Shown here piece after piece: positions 34,184 to 43,132 of a DNA stretch of 64,000 nt; position 1 is the first letter of the stretch; the number at the start of each line of letters is the position of its first letter. The stretch is taken from NCBI GenBank assembly GCA_015064785.1, contig SVRM01000001.1, positions 349 to 64,348 of the forward strand, in the 5' to 3' direction. The DNA comes from Oscillospiraceae bacterium. Lineage in GTDB: Bacteria; Bacillota; Clostridia; Oscillospirales; CAG-272. The translations under genes and the position numbers were made by a program. The notes below the pieces were generated by a model. The model saw nothing but the letters and a program-made list of their open reading frames with translations, did not search any database and was not told the DNA's origin.

Positions 34184-34740
34184 AGGATATATCCCTCCTC
34201 CTCCAGATATGTGCGCAGATGCTGTCTTGTGCGGAACAGCATCGATTTTGCTTTTCCCTCACTCATGCCGCAGTAGGACGCGACATCACGCAGGGTATCC
34301 ATATAATAATACCGCCCGATGAACGCATTGCGCTCCTCCGGTTTCAGTGTCCGAAGGAACCTGTTCAGCAGCTCTCCGAGCACCTTGGCATCGAGTACGC
34401 TTTGCGGGTCTTCTCTGTCCGTCATGAGATCCTCCATTTCCGTCATCGAAAGTGCAAATTCACCTTTTCCGCGTTTTTGCGAGGTGCGGCGGCGCCAACG
34501 GTCGATGGATATTCGCCGGGTCAGCTTGCCGAGATACGTCGACAGCACCGACGGTCTCTGCGGCGGGATCGAATTCCAGGCGGCAAGGTAGGTATCGTTG
34601 ACGCTTTCCTCGCTGTCACCGGGATCATCCAGAATGTTATGCGCGATCTTCGTCAGATACGCCGCGTATTTTTCCTGCGTTGCGGTGATCGCCGATTCGT
34701 CACGTTCCCAGTACAATGCCACGATTTGTTCGTCTTGCAT
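34180..34740 (-). CDS. Sigma-70 family (ECF-like) RNA polymerase sigma factor, paralogue A
   Basis: 186 aa. Region 2 block SEESVNDTYLAAW, RRISIDRWRRR, and region 4 block KAKSMLFRTRQHLRTYL. Confidence 0.9.
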   Translation of the reverse strand: MQDEQIVALYWERDESAITATQEKYAAYLTKIAHNILDDPGDSEESVNDTYLAAWNSIPPQRPSVLSTYLGKLTRRISIDRWRRRTSQKRGKGEFALSMTEMEDLMTDREDPQSVLDAKVLGELLNRFLRTLKPEERNAFIGRYYYMDTLRDVASYCGMSEGKAKSMLFRTRQHLRTYLEEEGYIL

Positions 34741-34899
34741 ATGATGGTCCCCTTTCTCTTGATGTACTTCTGTCTTATATCTCGCAAAGAAATGGTTTCG
34801 GTTTCACTTTCCGGCAAAAATTTTTCAAAAAAGTATAATTTTCCGCAATGTTCCGACGTTGCTTGAATGATTTCACCGATGGAGAATGATCTTTCCGAT

Positions 34900-34928
34900 A
34901 TTATACAGCAAACCCATACACTTGTCAA
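34900..34928 (-). promoter_or_regulatory. Consensus sigma-A promoter upstream of sigma paralogue A
   Basis: On the minus strand: TTGACA (34928..34923), 17 bp, TATAAT (34905..34900). Leaves a leader of about 155 nt. Confidence 0.55.
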
Positions 34929-34952
34929 GAGCCATCAGATTCGGCTTTCCGC

Positions 34953-34981
34953 TTGACAAACGGCGTTTTCTGTGATATCAT
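34953..34981 (+). promoter_or_regulatory. Candidate sigma-A promoter for the MBL-fold gene
   Basis: TTGACA, 17 bp, TATCAT with TGa extended -10. Confidence 0.45.
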
Positions 34982-35011
34982 GAAACAGATGATGATACCA
35001 AGGAGAACAAT

Positions 35012-35794
35012 ATGAAAATCACATCCCTTCTTGAAAATACAACCTGCCGCAGCGATATGCAGACCGAGCACGGGCTTTCACTGTATATAGAAACCGACGA
35101 ACACCGCATCCTGTTTGATATGGGGCAGACCGATCTGTTTGCCCAAAATGCAAAGACGCTCGGCATTGATCTGACTGCGGTAGATATCGCCGTGCTTTCC
35201 CACGGTCATTACGACCATGGCGGAGGATTGCGGACATTCCTTTCGATCAATGACCATGCGCCGGTCTATGTTCACTGCGATGCGTTTCTGCCGCACTACA
35301 ACGGTACCGAAAAATACATCGGTCTGGATCCGGAGCTGCAAGCCCATCCGCGCCTTTCTTTTACCGATGATGTCTGTACCATTGATGACACGCTGACGCT
35401 TTTTTCCTGTAACCAAAAGAAACGGGAACACAGCTTCGGTGCCTTCGGATTGACAGAACGAGTCGGAACTGCTTTCCACGAAGACGATTTTCGACATGAA
35501 CAGTATCTTTTGATTGAGGAGGTGGGCAAGCGTGTTCTGATCAGCGGATGCTCTCACAAAGGAATTCTTGATCTTGCCGCGTGGTTTTCACCGGATGTAC
35601 TGGTTGGCGGCTTCCATTTTTCCAAGCTGGAGGTGGGTGCGGTGCTTGCAGATGCCGCCGGACAGCTTGCAGCGCATCCGACGCAGTATTACACCTGCCA
35701 CTGTACCGGAGAAATGCAGTATACATTCATGAAGCAATCCATGCCGAATCTGCACTATCTTTCCTGCGGGGAAACACTGGTATATCCTGCCTGA
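35012..35794 (+). CDS. MBL-fold metallo-hydrolase
   Basis: 260 aa with the HGHYDHGGG metal-binding motif. AAGGAG RBS upstream. Confidence 0.85.
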   Translation: MKITSLLENTTCRSDMQTEHGLSLYIETDEHRILFDMGQTDLFAQNAKTLGIDLTAVDIAVLSHGHYDHGGGLRTFLSINDHAPVYVHCDAFLPHYNGTEKYIGLDPELQAHPRLSFTDDVCTIDDTLTLFSCNQKKREHSFGAFGLTERVGTAFHEDDFRHEQYLLIEEVGKRVLISGCSHKGILDLAAWFSPDVLVGGFHFSKLEVGAVLADAAGQLAAHPTQYYTCHCTGEMQYTFMKQSMPNLHYLSCGETLVYPA

Positions 35795-35871
35795 CGCAGA
35801 CAAACGACACTCCGAAATACAACAGACCGCCTGTGTCTTATATGACACGCAGGCGGTCTGATTTTGTTTGT

Positions 35872-36492
35872 TCATTCCTCGCCGAGCAGCAAGGTTCTGA
35901 TACGGTATTCCATTTCGGCGCTGTCCGGCTCCCGATCGATTACAGGGGCGATTTCCTCTCTGCATTCGCGTCTGTGCGGAAGCTCTGCGGCAAGACGGCG
36001 TGCACGCTTTCCCTGTCCGTGCTTCAGATACAGAAAACACAGCACCGCGCGCATTGTCGCTTTCTGCTTTTCGTTATCAGAGAGCGGCAGACCGCGTTCG
36101 ATCAGCAGAATGGCTTCTTCTCCCTCTCCCTTCAGCGCAAGAACGCCCGCAAGTCCGAGAATCATGCCGGGCTTGTTCGGATAGATCAGAAGCGCATCAC
36201 GGTAGACCTGTTCCGCCTGTGCAAGCGCACCGTCCCGCATATATTCCGATGCACGGCGATGAATGTGATGCCGTGTTTCCTCAGCACGGATGGTATCCAT
36301 GCCGAGCAGGAGATCGACGCTGGTTTCGTAAATGTTTGCAAGCGCCGGCAGCAGTGTGATATCGGGATAGGTTTCTGCACGTTCCCATTTTGACACACTC
36401 TGCGGTGTCAGATGCAGATATTCCGCGACCTCCTCCTGCGTCAGATTCTTTGCCATCCGGTACTTTCTTAGATTTTCTGCAAGATACAGCAT
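35872..36492 (-). CDS. XRE-family helix-turn-helix transcriptional regulator with TPR-like C-terminal region
   Basis: 206 aa. HTH block LTQEEVAEYLHLTPQSVSKWERAETYPDITLLPALANIY. GGAGGAA RBS upstream. Confidence 0.85.
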   Translation of the reverse strand: MLYLAENLRKYRMAKNLTQEEVAEYLHLTPQSVSKWERAETYPDITLLPALANIYETSVDLLLGMDTIRAEETRHHIHRRASEYMRDGALAQAEQVYRDALLIYPNKPGMILGLAGVLALKGEGEEAILLIERGLPLSDNEKQKATMRAVLCFLYLKHGQGKRARRLAAELPHRRECREEIAPVIDREPDSAEMEYRIRTLLLGEE

Positions 36493-36638
36493 AGATTGGT
36501 TCCTCCGATTCTGTTTGTTTTTTCTGTTTTACGGTTCGGTCACAGTATATCACAGATCGGTGGAATCTGCAATGGCGCAGTTTTTGAGTCGGAATCACGC
36601 CGCAGGTGAATGCGGAAATGGAAGGGCTGCATGAAAAC

Positions 36639-37853
36639 TCACACAAACACATACCGCTCCATCCGTGAAAACGCTTCTTTGACGCGCGACAGCGGCAGTG
36701 CGAGATTCAGTCGAATGTGTGTGGTACCGCCGTGGCATCTGCCGTCCTGCCATGCAACGCCGATATCCCATCCGCGCCGCAGCAGAGCATCCAGTGTCAT
36801 ACCGTGGGTGTCCAGCCATTCACGACAGTCAAGGAATACCATATAGGTTCCCTGCGGACGTGCGGCACTGACCCCCGGAATCCGCGATTCAAAAAAGTCA
36901 CAGGCATAGGTGACATTCCCCGTCAGTGTCTGACATAGCTCATCAACCCATTCCGCTCCCTCCGGCTGATAGGCTCCGATCAGTGCGTACATGGAGAGCA
37001 GATTCATCGAATTGTAATGCGACAGCGCAGATTCCGCACGAACACGGTCACGCAGACGCTTGTTGTAAATGATGTGATAAGCGCCGACCAGACCGGCGAG
37101 GTTGAAGGTTTTTGACGGCGCATACAGTGCCACCGTACGCTGTCGTGCATCCTCGGATACTGACTGGGTCGGGATGTGGCGATACCCGGTGAGGATGATA
37201 TCCGACCAAATCTCATCGGAGACAACGGCGACATCGTATTTTGCAAACAGCGCCATCGCCTGCTCGATTTCCCATTTTTCCCATACGCGTCCCGTCGGAT
37301 TGTGCGGCGAGCAGAAGACTGCGGCATGGATGTTGTTTTCTGCGAGCTTGCGTTCCATGTCGGCATAATTCATGCGCCAGATTCCCTGTGCATCCCGGTA
37401 CAGCGGCGAGTCCACAAGACGGTAACCGGCATTGCTCAGCGAGGAAGTAAAGCCCATATAAGTCGGCGAATGAATCAGAACACTGCCGCCGCGCGGACAG
37501 AAGCTGCCGATCGCCGACATCAAACCGCCAAGCACGCCGTTTTCATATCCGATGTACTCCCGCTCCAGTCCGACGACACCGTTGCGCTCCCGCTGCCAGC
37601 GGATGATTGCGTCAAAATATTCGTCACGCGGATCAAAATAACCGAATGCCGGATGTGCAAGGCGATGCTGCATTGCATCACATACTGACGGTGCTGTCGG
37701 AAAATTCATATCGGCAACCCACATCGGAATGGCATCAAAGCCGTCCTTCGGCGCACCGGGTGCCCATCCCGCACCGAGGGCATCCACTGCCATGGCATCC
37801 TTGCCCTTTCTCTCGATGATTGAGGTAAAATCGTATTTCATGTCCATTACCAT
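36639..37853 (-). CDS. PatB/MalY-family PLP-dependent C-S lyase (class I/II aminotransferase fold)
   Basis: 404 aa. The N-terminal KYDFTSIIERKG and PMWVADMNFP blocks are typical of MalY/PatB, with SKTFNLAG as the PLP lysine block. Start could be ATG 37853, 37847 or 37841. Confidence 0.8.
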   Translation of the reverse strand: MVMDMKYDFTSIIERKGKDAMAVDALGAGWAPGAPKDGFDAIPMWVADMNFPTAPSVCDAMQHRLAHPAFGYFDPRDEYFDAIIRWQRERNGVVGLEREYIGYENGVLGGLMSAIGSFCPRGGSVLIHSPTYMGFTSSLSNAGYRLVDSPLYRDAQGIWRMNYADMERKLAENNIHAAVFCSPHNPTGRVWEKWEIEQAMALFAKYDVAVVSDEIWSDIILTGYRHIPTQSVSEDARQRTVALYAPSKTFNLAGLVGAYHIIYNKRLRDRVRAESALSHYNSMNLLSMYALIGAYQPEGAEWVDELCQTLTGNVTYACDFFESRIPGVSAARPQGTYMVFLDCREWLDTHGMTLDALLRRGWDIGVAWQDGRCHGGTTHIRLNLALPLSRVKEAFSRMERYVFV

Positions 37854-37976
37854 ACCTTTCCTTTTCGTGTTGATAACAGTATTGTATCATATTTTTTACC
37901 GGTTGGCAACAGCAAACAGAAAACACAGACAAAAAAGAGCGATACCGCATCTGCAAAAATACGGTACCGCTGCTGT

Positions 37977-38945
37977 TCATGTTCGTATTACCGGTCGGAT
38001 GTATTTCCAGTACCGGGTACAGTCGTGATAGAAATAGAAGATTCTGCCGGGCGTCAGGTCCAGCGCATATCCCGATGCCGTATAGTCAAAGGCTTGCATC
38101 GCTGCCTCGATTTTTGCCTCCACCGCACCGTTTTCGGTCGTAAAATCAAACGGACCGTGTTCAAATACGAGATATTCGCCCTCCGGAACATCGGTGAGCA
38201 GCATCTGCGGCGGAACCGGACCGTCGTAGTTGACAGGCAGACGGACCCCGTAGCACTCGGCAAGCGGAATGCCCCAGGAGCAGATGCGTCCCTCCGGTTC
38301 ATTGATGAACGCCATGATCTGACCGCTGCTGCTGTTGGCTTCGCTGCCGCCAAGGTCATCGAGCTTTCCTTTGATGCTGTCCAGCAGACCGCAGACAGTC
38401 TCGCAGTCCTGTCCCGGAATCCGGCTTTGCTTCTGCCAGAAATCCCAGTATCCGATGCTTTCATAATTTTTGATATGCAGGAACTTGTGTGCCGGAATTG
38501 TGATAAAATAGGTTTTGATGTCTCCCTGTACTGCCATACTGCCGCAGCCTCCGTTTTCTATGATATAACAGTCAAAGGGACGGATCAGCGTTCGGATGAC
38601 GACCGGAACCGGATTGGTACGATACCGGTACGGCGTTATGCCGTATGTGTCACGGAACGCACGGGTAAACGCTTCGTGTGAAGAAAAGCCGAAGTCCAGT
38701 GCAATGTCCAGAATACCACGGTCGGTGTCGCGCAGTTCCTTTAAGGCAAATGCCAGCCGTCGGTACCGCAGATAATTGCGGAAGGTCATGCCTGAGATTT
38801 CACGGAACTTTTTTGACACGTGATACGCAGAGTACCCCAATGACGCTGCAAGCGAATCCAGCGTTACCGTGTCATTTTGCTTTTCTTTGATGCAGATATC
38901 GATTTCATCGATGATCCGCTGAATATTACGATGCCATTCACGCAC
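37977..38945 (-). CDS. AraC-family transcriptional regulator with GyrI-like effector-binding C-terminal domain
   Basis: 322 aa. GTG start behind GGGAGGG. AraC HTH blocks SAYHVSKKFREISGMTF and GFSSHEAFTRAFRDTYGITPYRYR. Confidence 0.85.
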   Translation of the reverse strand: MREWHRNIQRIIDEIDICIKEKQNDTVTLDSLAASLGYSAYHVSKKFREISGMTFRNYLRYRRLAFALKELRDTDRGILDIALDFGFSSHEAFTRAFRDTYGITPYRYRTNPVPVVIRTLIRPFDCYIIENGGCGSMAVQGDIKTYFITIPAHKFLHIKNYESIGYWDFWQKQSRIPGQDCETVCGLLDSIKGKLDDLGGSEANSSSGQIMAFINEPEGRICSWGIPLAECYGVRLPVNYDGPVPPQMLLTDVPEGEYLVFEHGPFDFTTENGAVEAKIEAAMQAFDYTASGYALDLTPGRIFYFYHDCTRYWKYIRPVIRT

Positions 38946-39104
38946 ATTGATCCCTCCCTTCTGTTTCGTGTCCTATCATACCACAAATTCCGGCGGAATG
39001 CTTGATTTGAATTGGCGTTTTACCGGTTCAGAGCGCAGTCATGGCTTTCATGAACGGCACATCCGCATAACCGGTGTTGTCAACACGGAAGTAAGAAAAC
39101 CGTC

Positions 39105-40013
39105 TTATTCCAAACCTTCCAGCGCAATCATCGAATGCAGCGTCACCGTTTCCCCGGCAGCCAGCATCGGATAGCCTGCGTCGGGTGAGTCTTGCGGCAG
39201 ATTCGGCGCGTTGACGGCACAGGTCTGCGGCTCCATGCACAGATAACCGCATTCGGGTGTGTAAAACAGCCGATACCGGAACATCGAATCCGGTCGGTAT
39301 CGCACACAGACACCGGTACGTGTATCGGTCAGAAGGATTTCGCCGTATTCCCCGGCACGATACTGGCGGCTGATCGGCGCAGTCGGGCGATAGGTTCCCT
39401 CACAAAGCGCAGAGAACAGCATGTCCGGTGCTGTTCTGCCGACCGTCAGACAGCGGCTGTCGCGGGTCAGCTCTGCTGCAAGGTCTGCCGTCACCCGGAT
39501 ATCTTCTGCGCAGGAGCCCGGACAGAACGGAATTGCAAACGAGGTGTGAAAGCCTATCAGCAGCGGCAGCGGCGTACCGGCGTGATTGATTATACGTACC
39601 GCTTGATGCAGAATGGATCGATCGAGTGCATATGCAATCTCCATCGAAAAGTCCTGCGGAAAACCGAAATACCTGCCGTCGCTGTCAAAGCAGAACACCG
39701 CGCGTGCCGCCGTTTGTTCGCTCACAGAAAACGGCTGCGCATACAAGGTTCCGTGCAGAGCGCAGTTCGTACGTTCCTCGTTGACCGGAAGCGCGTAAGA
39801 TACCCCGGCGCAAGTCATTTTCCCGTCATCAATGCGATTGACAGGAAACAGAACGGGAATGCCCGACAGCAGTGGATCCATATCTTCATGAAACAAACGG
39901 ATCTGCGTCCGTTTGTGTGAAAATTGCAGACAGTGTGCGCCCGTCGGGTCTATAACCGCTGTACAGATGCCGTTGTCAAGCGTGACCGGTTCCCTGTATC
40001 GTTGTGGGCCCAT
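39105..40013 (-). CDS. Aldose 1-epimerase family protein
   Basis: 302 aa. GIPVLFPVNRI and HGTLY blocks. The start codon abuts the stop of the upstream SBP gene. Confidence 0.7.
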   Translation of the reverse strand: MGPQRYREPVTLDNGICTAVIDPTGAHCLQFSHKRTQIRLFHEDMDPLLSGIPVLFPVNRIDDGKMTCAGVSYALPVNEERTNCALHGTLYAQPFSVSEQTAARAVFCFDSDGRYFGFPQDFSMEIAYALDRSILHQAVRIINHAGTPLPLLIGFHTSFAIPFCPGSCAEDIRVTADLAAELTRDSRCLTVGRTAPDMLFSALCEGTYRPTAPISRQYRAGEYGEILLTDTRTGVCVRYRPDSMFRYRLFYTPECGYLCMEPQTCAVNAPNLPQDSPDAGYPMLAAGETVTLHSMIALEGLE

Positions 40014-41459
40014 TTACTCCGCCTCCGCAAATGCCGCGGACAGCTCATCAAGCGCAGCAAGTGCCTTGTTTTCCAGCGCTTCATACTGAGATGCAAAGTT
40101 GTTCTTTTTCGTCTGGAACATATTCTGAATCATCATTCCCATACCGCCGACATCATAGATGAAGCCGAAGTCATACACACGGCTGGCGAAGATGATGTCG
40201 AGCATTTCACCGGAATCCTCATCGCGTACATAACGATTGTTCAGCGCCGTATCGTAATAGGCGTGTGTCAGCGAATCGACCGAATAATATGCCAGTGCTT
40301 CCAGTATGAGTCCCGCTTTCTCAGGCTCATTGTTTGTCACGGGAATCGAGACACCTGGTGTCAGAATCGTACTGATGAGACTGTAGTATTCCTCCTGTTC
40401 CTCATTGTACTTCGGATAAGGAAGAATGCCGAAATCGAACTGACAGTCACGGATGCTGTTGATATCCGTGAGCGCCCAGCCTGCCATCAGAAGCCGTCCT
40501 TCTGTGAACGCTTTGACCGATTCGTTGAAATCACCGGTCATATGTACGGTGTTGAGACAGTTTTCAAGAATTTTTGTCACGGCACCGGCGGAGCGTTCGT
40601 TGTTCATCACCAGCTGCAATTCGCCCGCAGAATCGGTTGTGACAATGCGTTCACCGGTTCCGAAATACAGGGAATGCGGCAGATTGAACGCGCAGAACAG
40701 ACCGAAGCGGTCATCGTCGTTTTTCTGAACACCGTCGCCGTTGAGATCGGCGGAAAGACCGGTACACATCGCAAACATTGCATCCAGTGTCCATTTGCCG
40801 TCGTGTACCATGGCATACGGATCACCGAGATCGTTATCGGCAAGAAGCTGTTTGTTGAAGAACAGAACCATTGTGCATTCATTGTCCAGGATACTGATGT
40901 CGCCCGTTGTGAAATACAGCTTACCGCCGACCTGCAGATTGTCGTTTGCACGCTGATCCCACCAGCTGTTTTCCAGATGCAGATTTTCCACATCATAAAG
41001 GTTGCGGTACAACCCAGCTGTTGCATTGGGAACTGATTTGTTCAGATACGGCATAACCACATCGTAAATATCCTCGCCGGCAAGCACGATATTGTATGCT
41101 GTCTGTGAGGCATTTTGAAGCCGTTCCTCGGTGATGCGGACATCAAACCGTTCCTCAACCTGCATATTACGCGCATAGACGGTATCGTTAATCAGCGAGC
41201 CGTCAGTACCCGGAGAGAAAATTTCAATGCTGGTATAGGCATCACCGAAGGTACACTCCTCGGTCAGAAAATGAATGGCTTCCCCGCCGTAGGATACATC
41301 CGGGAATACAGGACCGTTGGCGGTTGATTCGGATGCTGATTCGGATCCCGTTGCGGTACCGGTGTCAGCGGTATCGGTTTTTCCTGCGCCGCAGGAGGAG
41401 AGCAGAGACAGCAGAAGTGCTGCTGTGAGAATTCGGGTCATCGTTGTTTTCATATTCAT
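40014..41459 (-). CDS. Large extracellular solute-binding lipoprotein, paralogue 2
   Basis: Start at ATG 41459 behind GGAAAGG. Lipoprotein signal (LLLSLLSSCGAG). Shares INDTVYARNMQVEERF, WW, DGKWTLDAM and DLNGDG with the paralogues. Confidence 0.8.
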   Translation of the reverse strand: MNMKTTMTRILTAALLLSLLSSCGAGKTDTADTGTATGSESASESTANGPVFPDVSYGGEAIHFLTEECTFGDAYTSIEIFSPGTDGSLINDTVYARNMQVEERFDVRITEERLQNASQTAYNIVLAGEDIYDVVMPYLNKSVPNATAGLYRNLYDVENLHLENSWWDQRANDNLQVGGKLYFTTGDISILDNECTMVLFFNKQLLADNDLGDPYAMVHDGKWTLDAMFAMCTGLSADLNGDGVQKNDDDRFGLFCAFNLPHSLYFGTGERIVTTDSAGELQLVMNNERSAGAVTKILENCLNTVHMTGDFNESVKAFTEGRLLMAGWALTDINSIRDCQFDFGILPYPKYNEEQEEYYSLISTILTPGVSIPVTNNEPEKAGLILEALAYYSVDSLTHAYYDTALNNRYVRDEDSGEMLDIIFASRVYDFGFIYDVGGMGMMIQNMFQTKKNNFASQYEALENKALAALDELSAAFAEAE

Positions 41460-41472
41460 TACCTTTCCTTTT

Positions 41473-42924
41473 TCATGATTGATACAGCTCTGCCGCATGT
41501 TCCGCATTCCGGATCAGGTCAGCGGGATCGCGGTCCCAATCCCAGAGCAGTGCGGCAAACAGTGCAGCACACGGATCGGTGATGCATTCAAACATACCGT
41601 CCTCCATCAGCGCTGTAACCGTGGTTTGTGCTGCTCCGGACTGTGCGACAATACGGCAGTATTCCCGGAGTGTATCGGCACCGGCATACCACAAGGGGCG
41701 CGCATATTGCCAGGTGAAACGCTTTTCCTCTGTCCGCTTTGCAAGGAATTCGCGGGAGGAAACACCCATGACAATCGGTCCGTGATAATGTTCAAAATGC
41801 GACCAGTCAAGCACGGTAAAGCCCTTGAGTACAGCGGCAAATCGCGTGTCCGCACCGTGCAGGGACAGCAGCTTCTTTGTATAGTCCAGCGCCGCTGCGG
41901 CATTTGCCTGTTTTGCGGGATCGTAGGCATATGGGAAATCGCCGCAGTCCTCCCACATCACGGCAACCGACGGATCGATGCCCGACAGCGCAGGATAGTT
42001 CTCTCCGATCGATGTTGCATGGATGCCGAATTCGATCTCGAGTGCGGGATACTTTGCATGAAGGGTACCGCAGATTGCATTTGCCCAGGCAGTGACCAAG
42101 GATGCAATGGTTTTTCCGCCGATTTCGTGATTACCGGTTTCGGTGAATGCCTGAAAGTAGATACCGTCGCCGCCGAGCGGTGCGTATTCTCTTGTGTAGA
42201 CATCCAGCACGCGTGCACACCACTTTTCCGTATCGCGCGGATCATTGGGATTGACCTCCTCGCCCCATGAGCAGGAGAAGCCCCAGAAGACGGAGATCGC
42301 GCGGCGGTGTGCTTCGGTCAGTACCTCTGCGGCGTTGTACGGAACATAGTCGTTCCAGATGACGATGTGGTTAAAGCCGAGTGCATTCATGCGGGCAAAA
42401 TACGCGCGATAGTCGTAAATGGCATGTCCCCAGGTCCAGATGCCGCGGCGGTCGATCTTCGGCGCGGATTTCTCCTCCCAATGAGGCATGACATCAACAA
42501 ACGCTTCATGACGGCGGTTATAGTGATAACCATGATAGCGGACGGCGTCACGCAGATAGTGTCTGTCCAGCGCATGCACGGCATACAGAAGTCCGGCATC
42601 ATCAGCACCGCAAAGAACGATCAGCTGCCGTCCCCCGCGGTACGGAGAATCGCCGACGCGCACGGAATACCCCTCCCGTGCGGTTTCCGGTACAAACCAG
42701 CCGTCCCCGGCAAGGACTTTGCACAAAGCACCGTTGTCTGCCGTACCGACAATAATCAGGTTTTCATCATAGGTGTCCGCCGCAGCCGCCTCCTCATCGG
42801 TGACTGCCAGCGGATACGGCAGATATGCGTCGACAATGCCGTAAAGATCCGTGATTGCACACCGGACGGTATCCGATGCTGTGTGCGGAATCAGGATGCG
42901 CCATTTTCCGTTCTTGATTTCCAT
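41473..42924 (-). CDS. Cytoplasmic protein of unknown function, possibly a glycoside-hydrolase-like TIM-barrel enzyme
   Basis: Start at ATG 42924 (MEIKNGKWRIL) behind AAAGGAAAC, giving about 483 aa. Sits 13 nt upstream of SBP paralogue 2. I cannot name a diagnostic catalytic motif. Confidence 0.6.
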   Translation of the reverse strand: MEIKNGKWRILIPHTASDTVRCAITDLYGIVDAYLPYPLAVTDEEAAAADTYDENLIIVGTADNGALCKVLAGDGWFVPETAREGYSVRVGDSPYRGGRQLIVLCGADDAGLLYAVHALDRHYLRDAVRYHGYHYNRRHEAFVDVMPHWEEKSAPKIDRRGIWTWGHAIYDYRAYFARMNALGFNHIVIWNDYVPYNAAEVLTEAHRRAISVFWGFSCSWGEEVNPNDPRDTEKWCARVLDVYTREYAPLGGDGIYFQAFTETGNHEIGGKTIASLVTAWANAICGTLHAKYPALEIEFGIHATSIGENYPALSGIDPSVAVMWEDCGDFPYAYDPAKQANAAAALDYTKKLLSLHGADTRFAAVLKGFTVLDWSHFEHYHGPIVMGVSSREFLAKRTEEKRFTWQYARPLWYAGADTLREYCRIVAQSGAAQTTVTALMEDGMFECITDPCAALFAALLWDWDRDPADLIRNAEHAAELYQS

Positions 42925-43132
42925 ATTGTTTCCTTTCTCAAAGATAATTTCTATATCCATTATATCATGCATCCAACGGTCTTGCAAGAATATTTCATGA
43001 ATTTATCCGAAAATTTGAATCCTATCCTGCCAATGCGCGGAATGCTGTTGACTTTTCTATGAATTTATGTTAATATAATACCATTATATAAAGGAGAGCA
43101 TCCGATTCCATCCGAACCGGATCACTATCACA

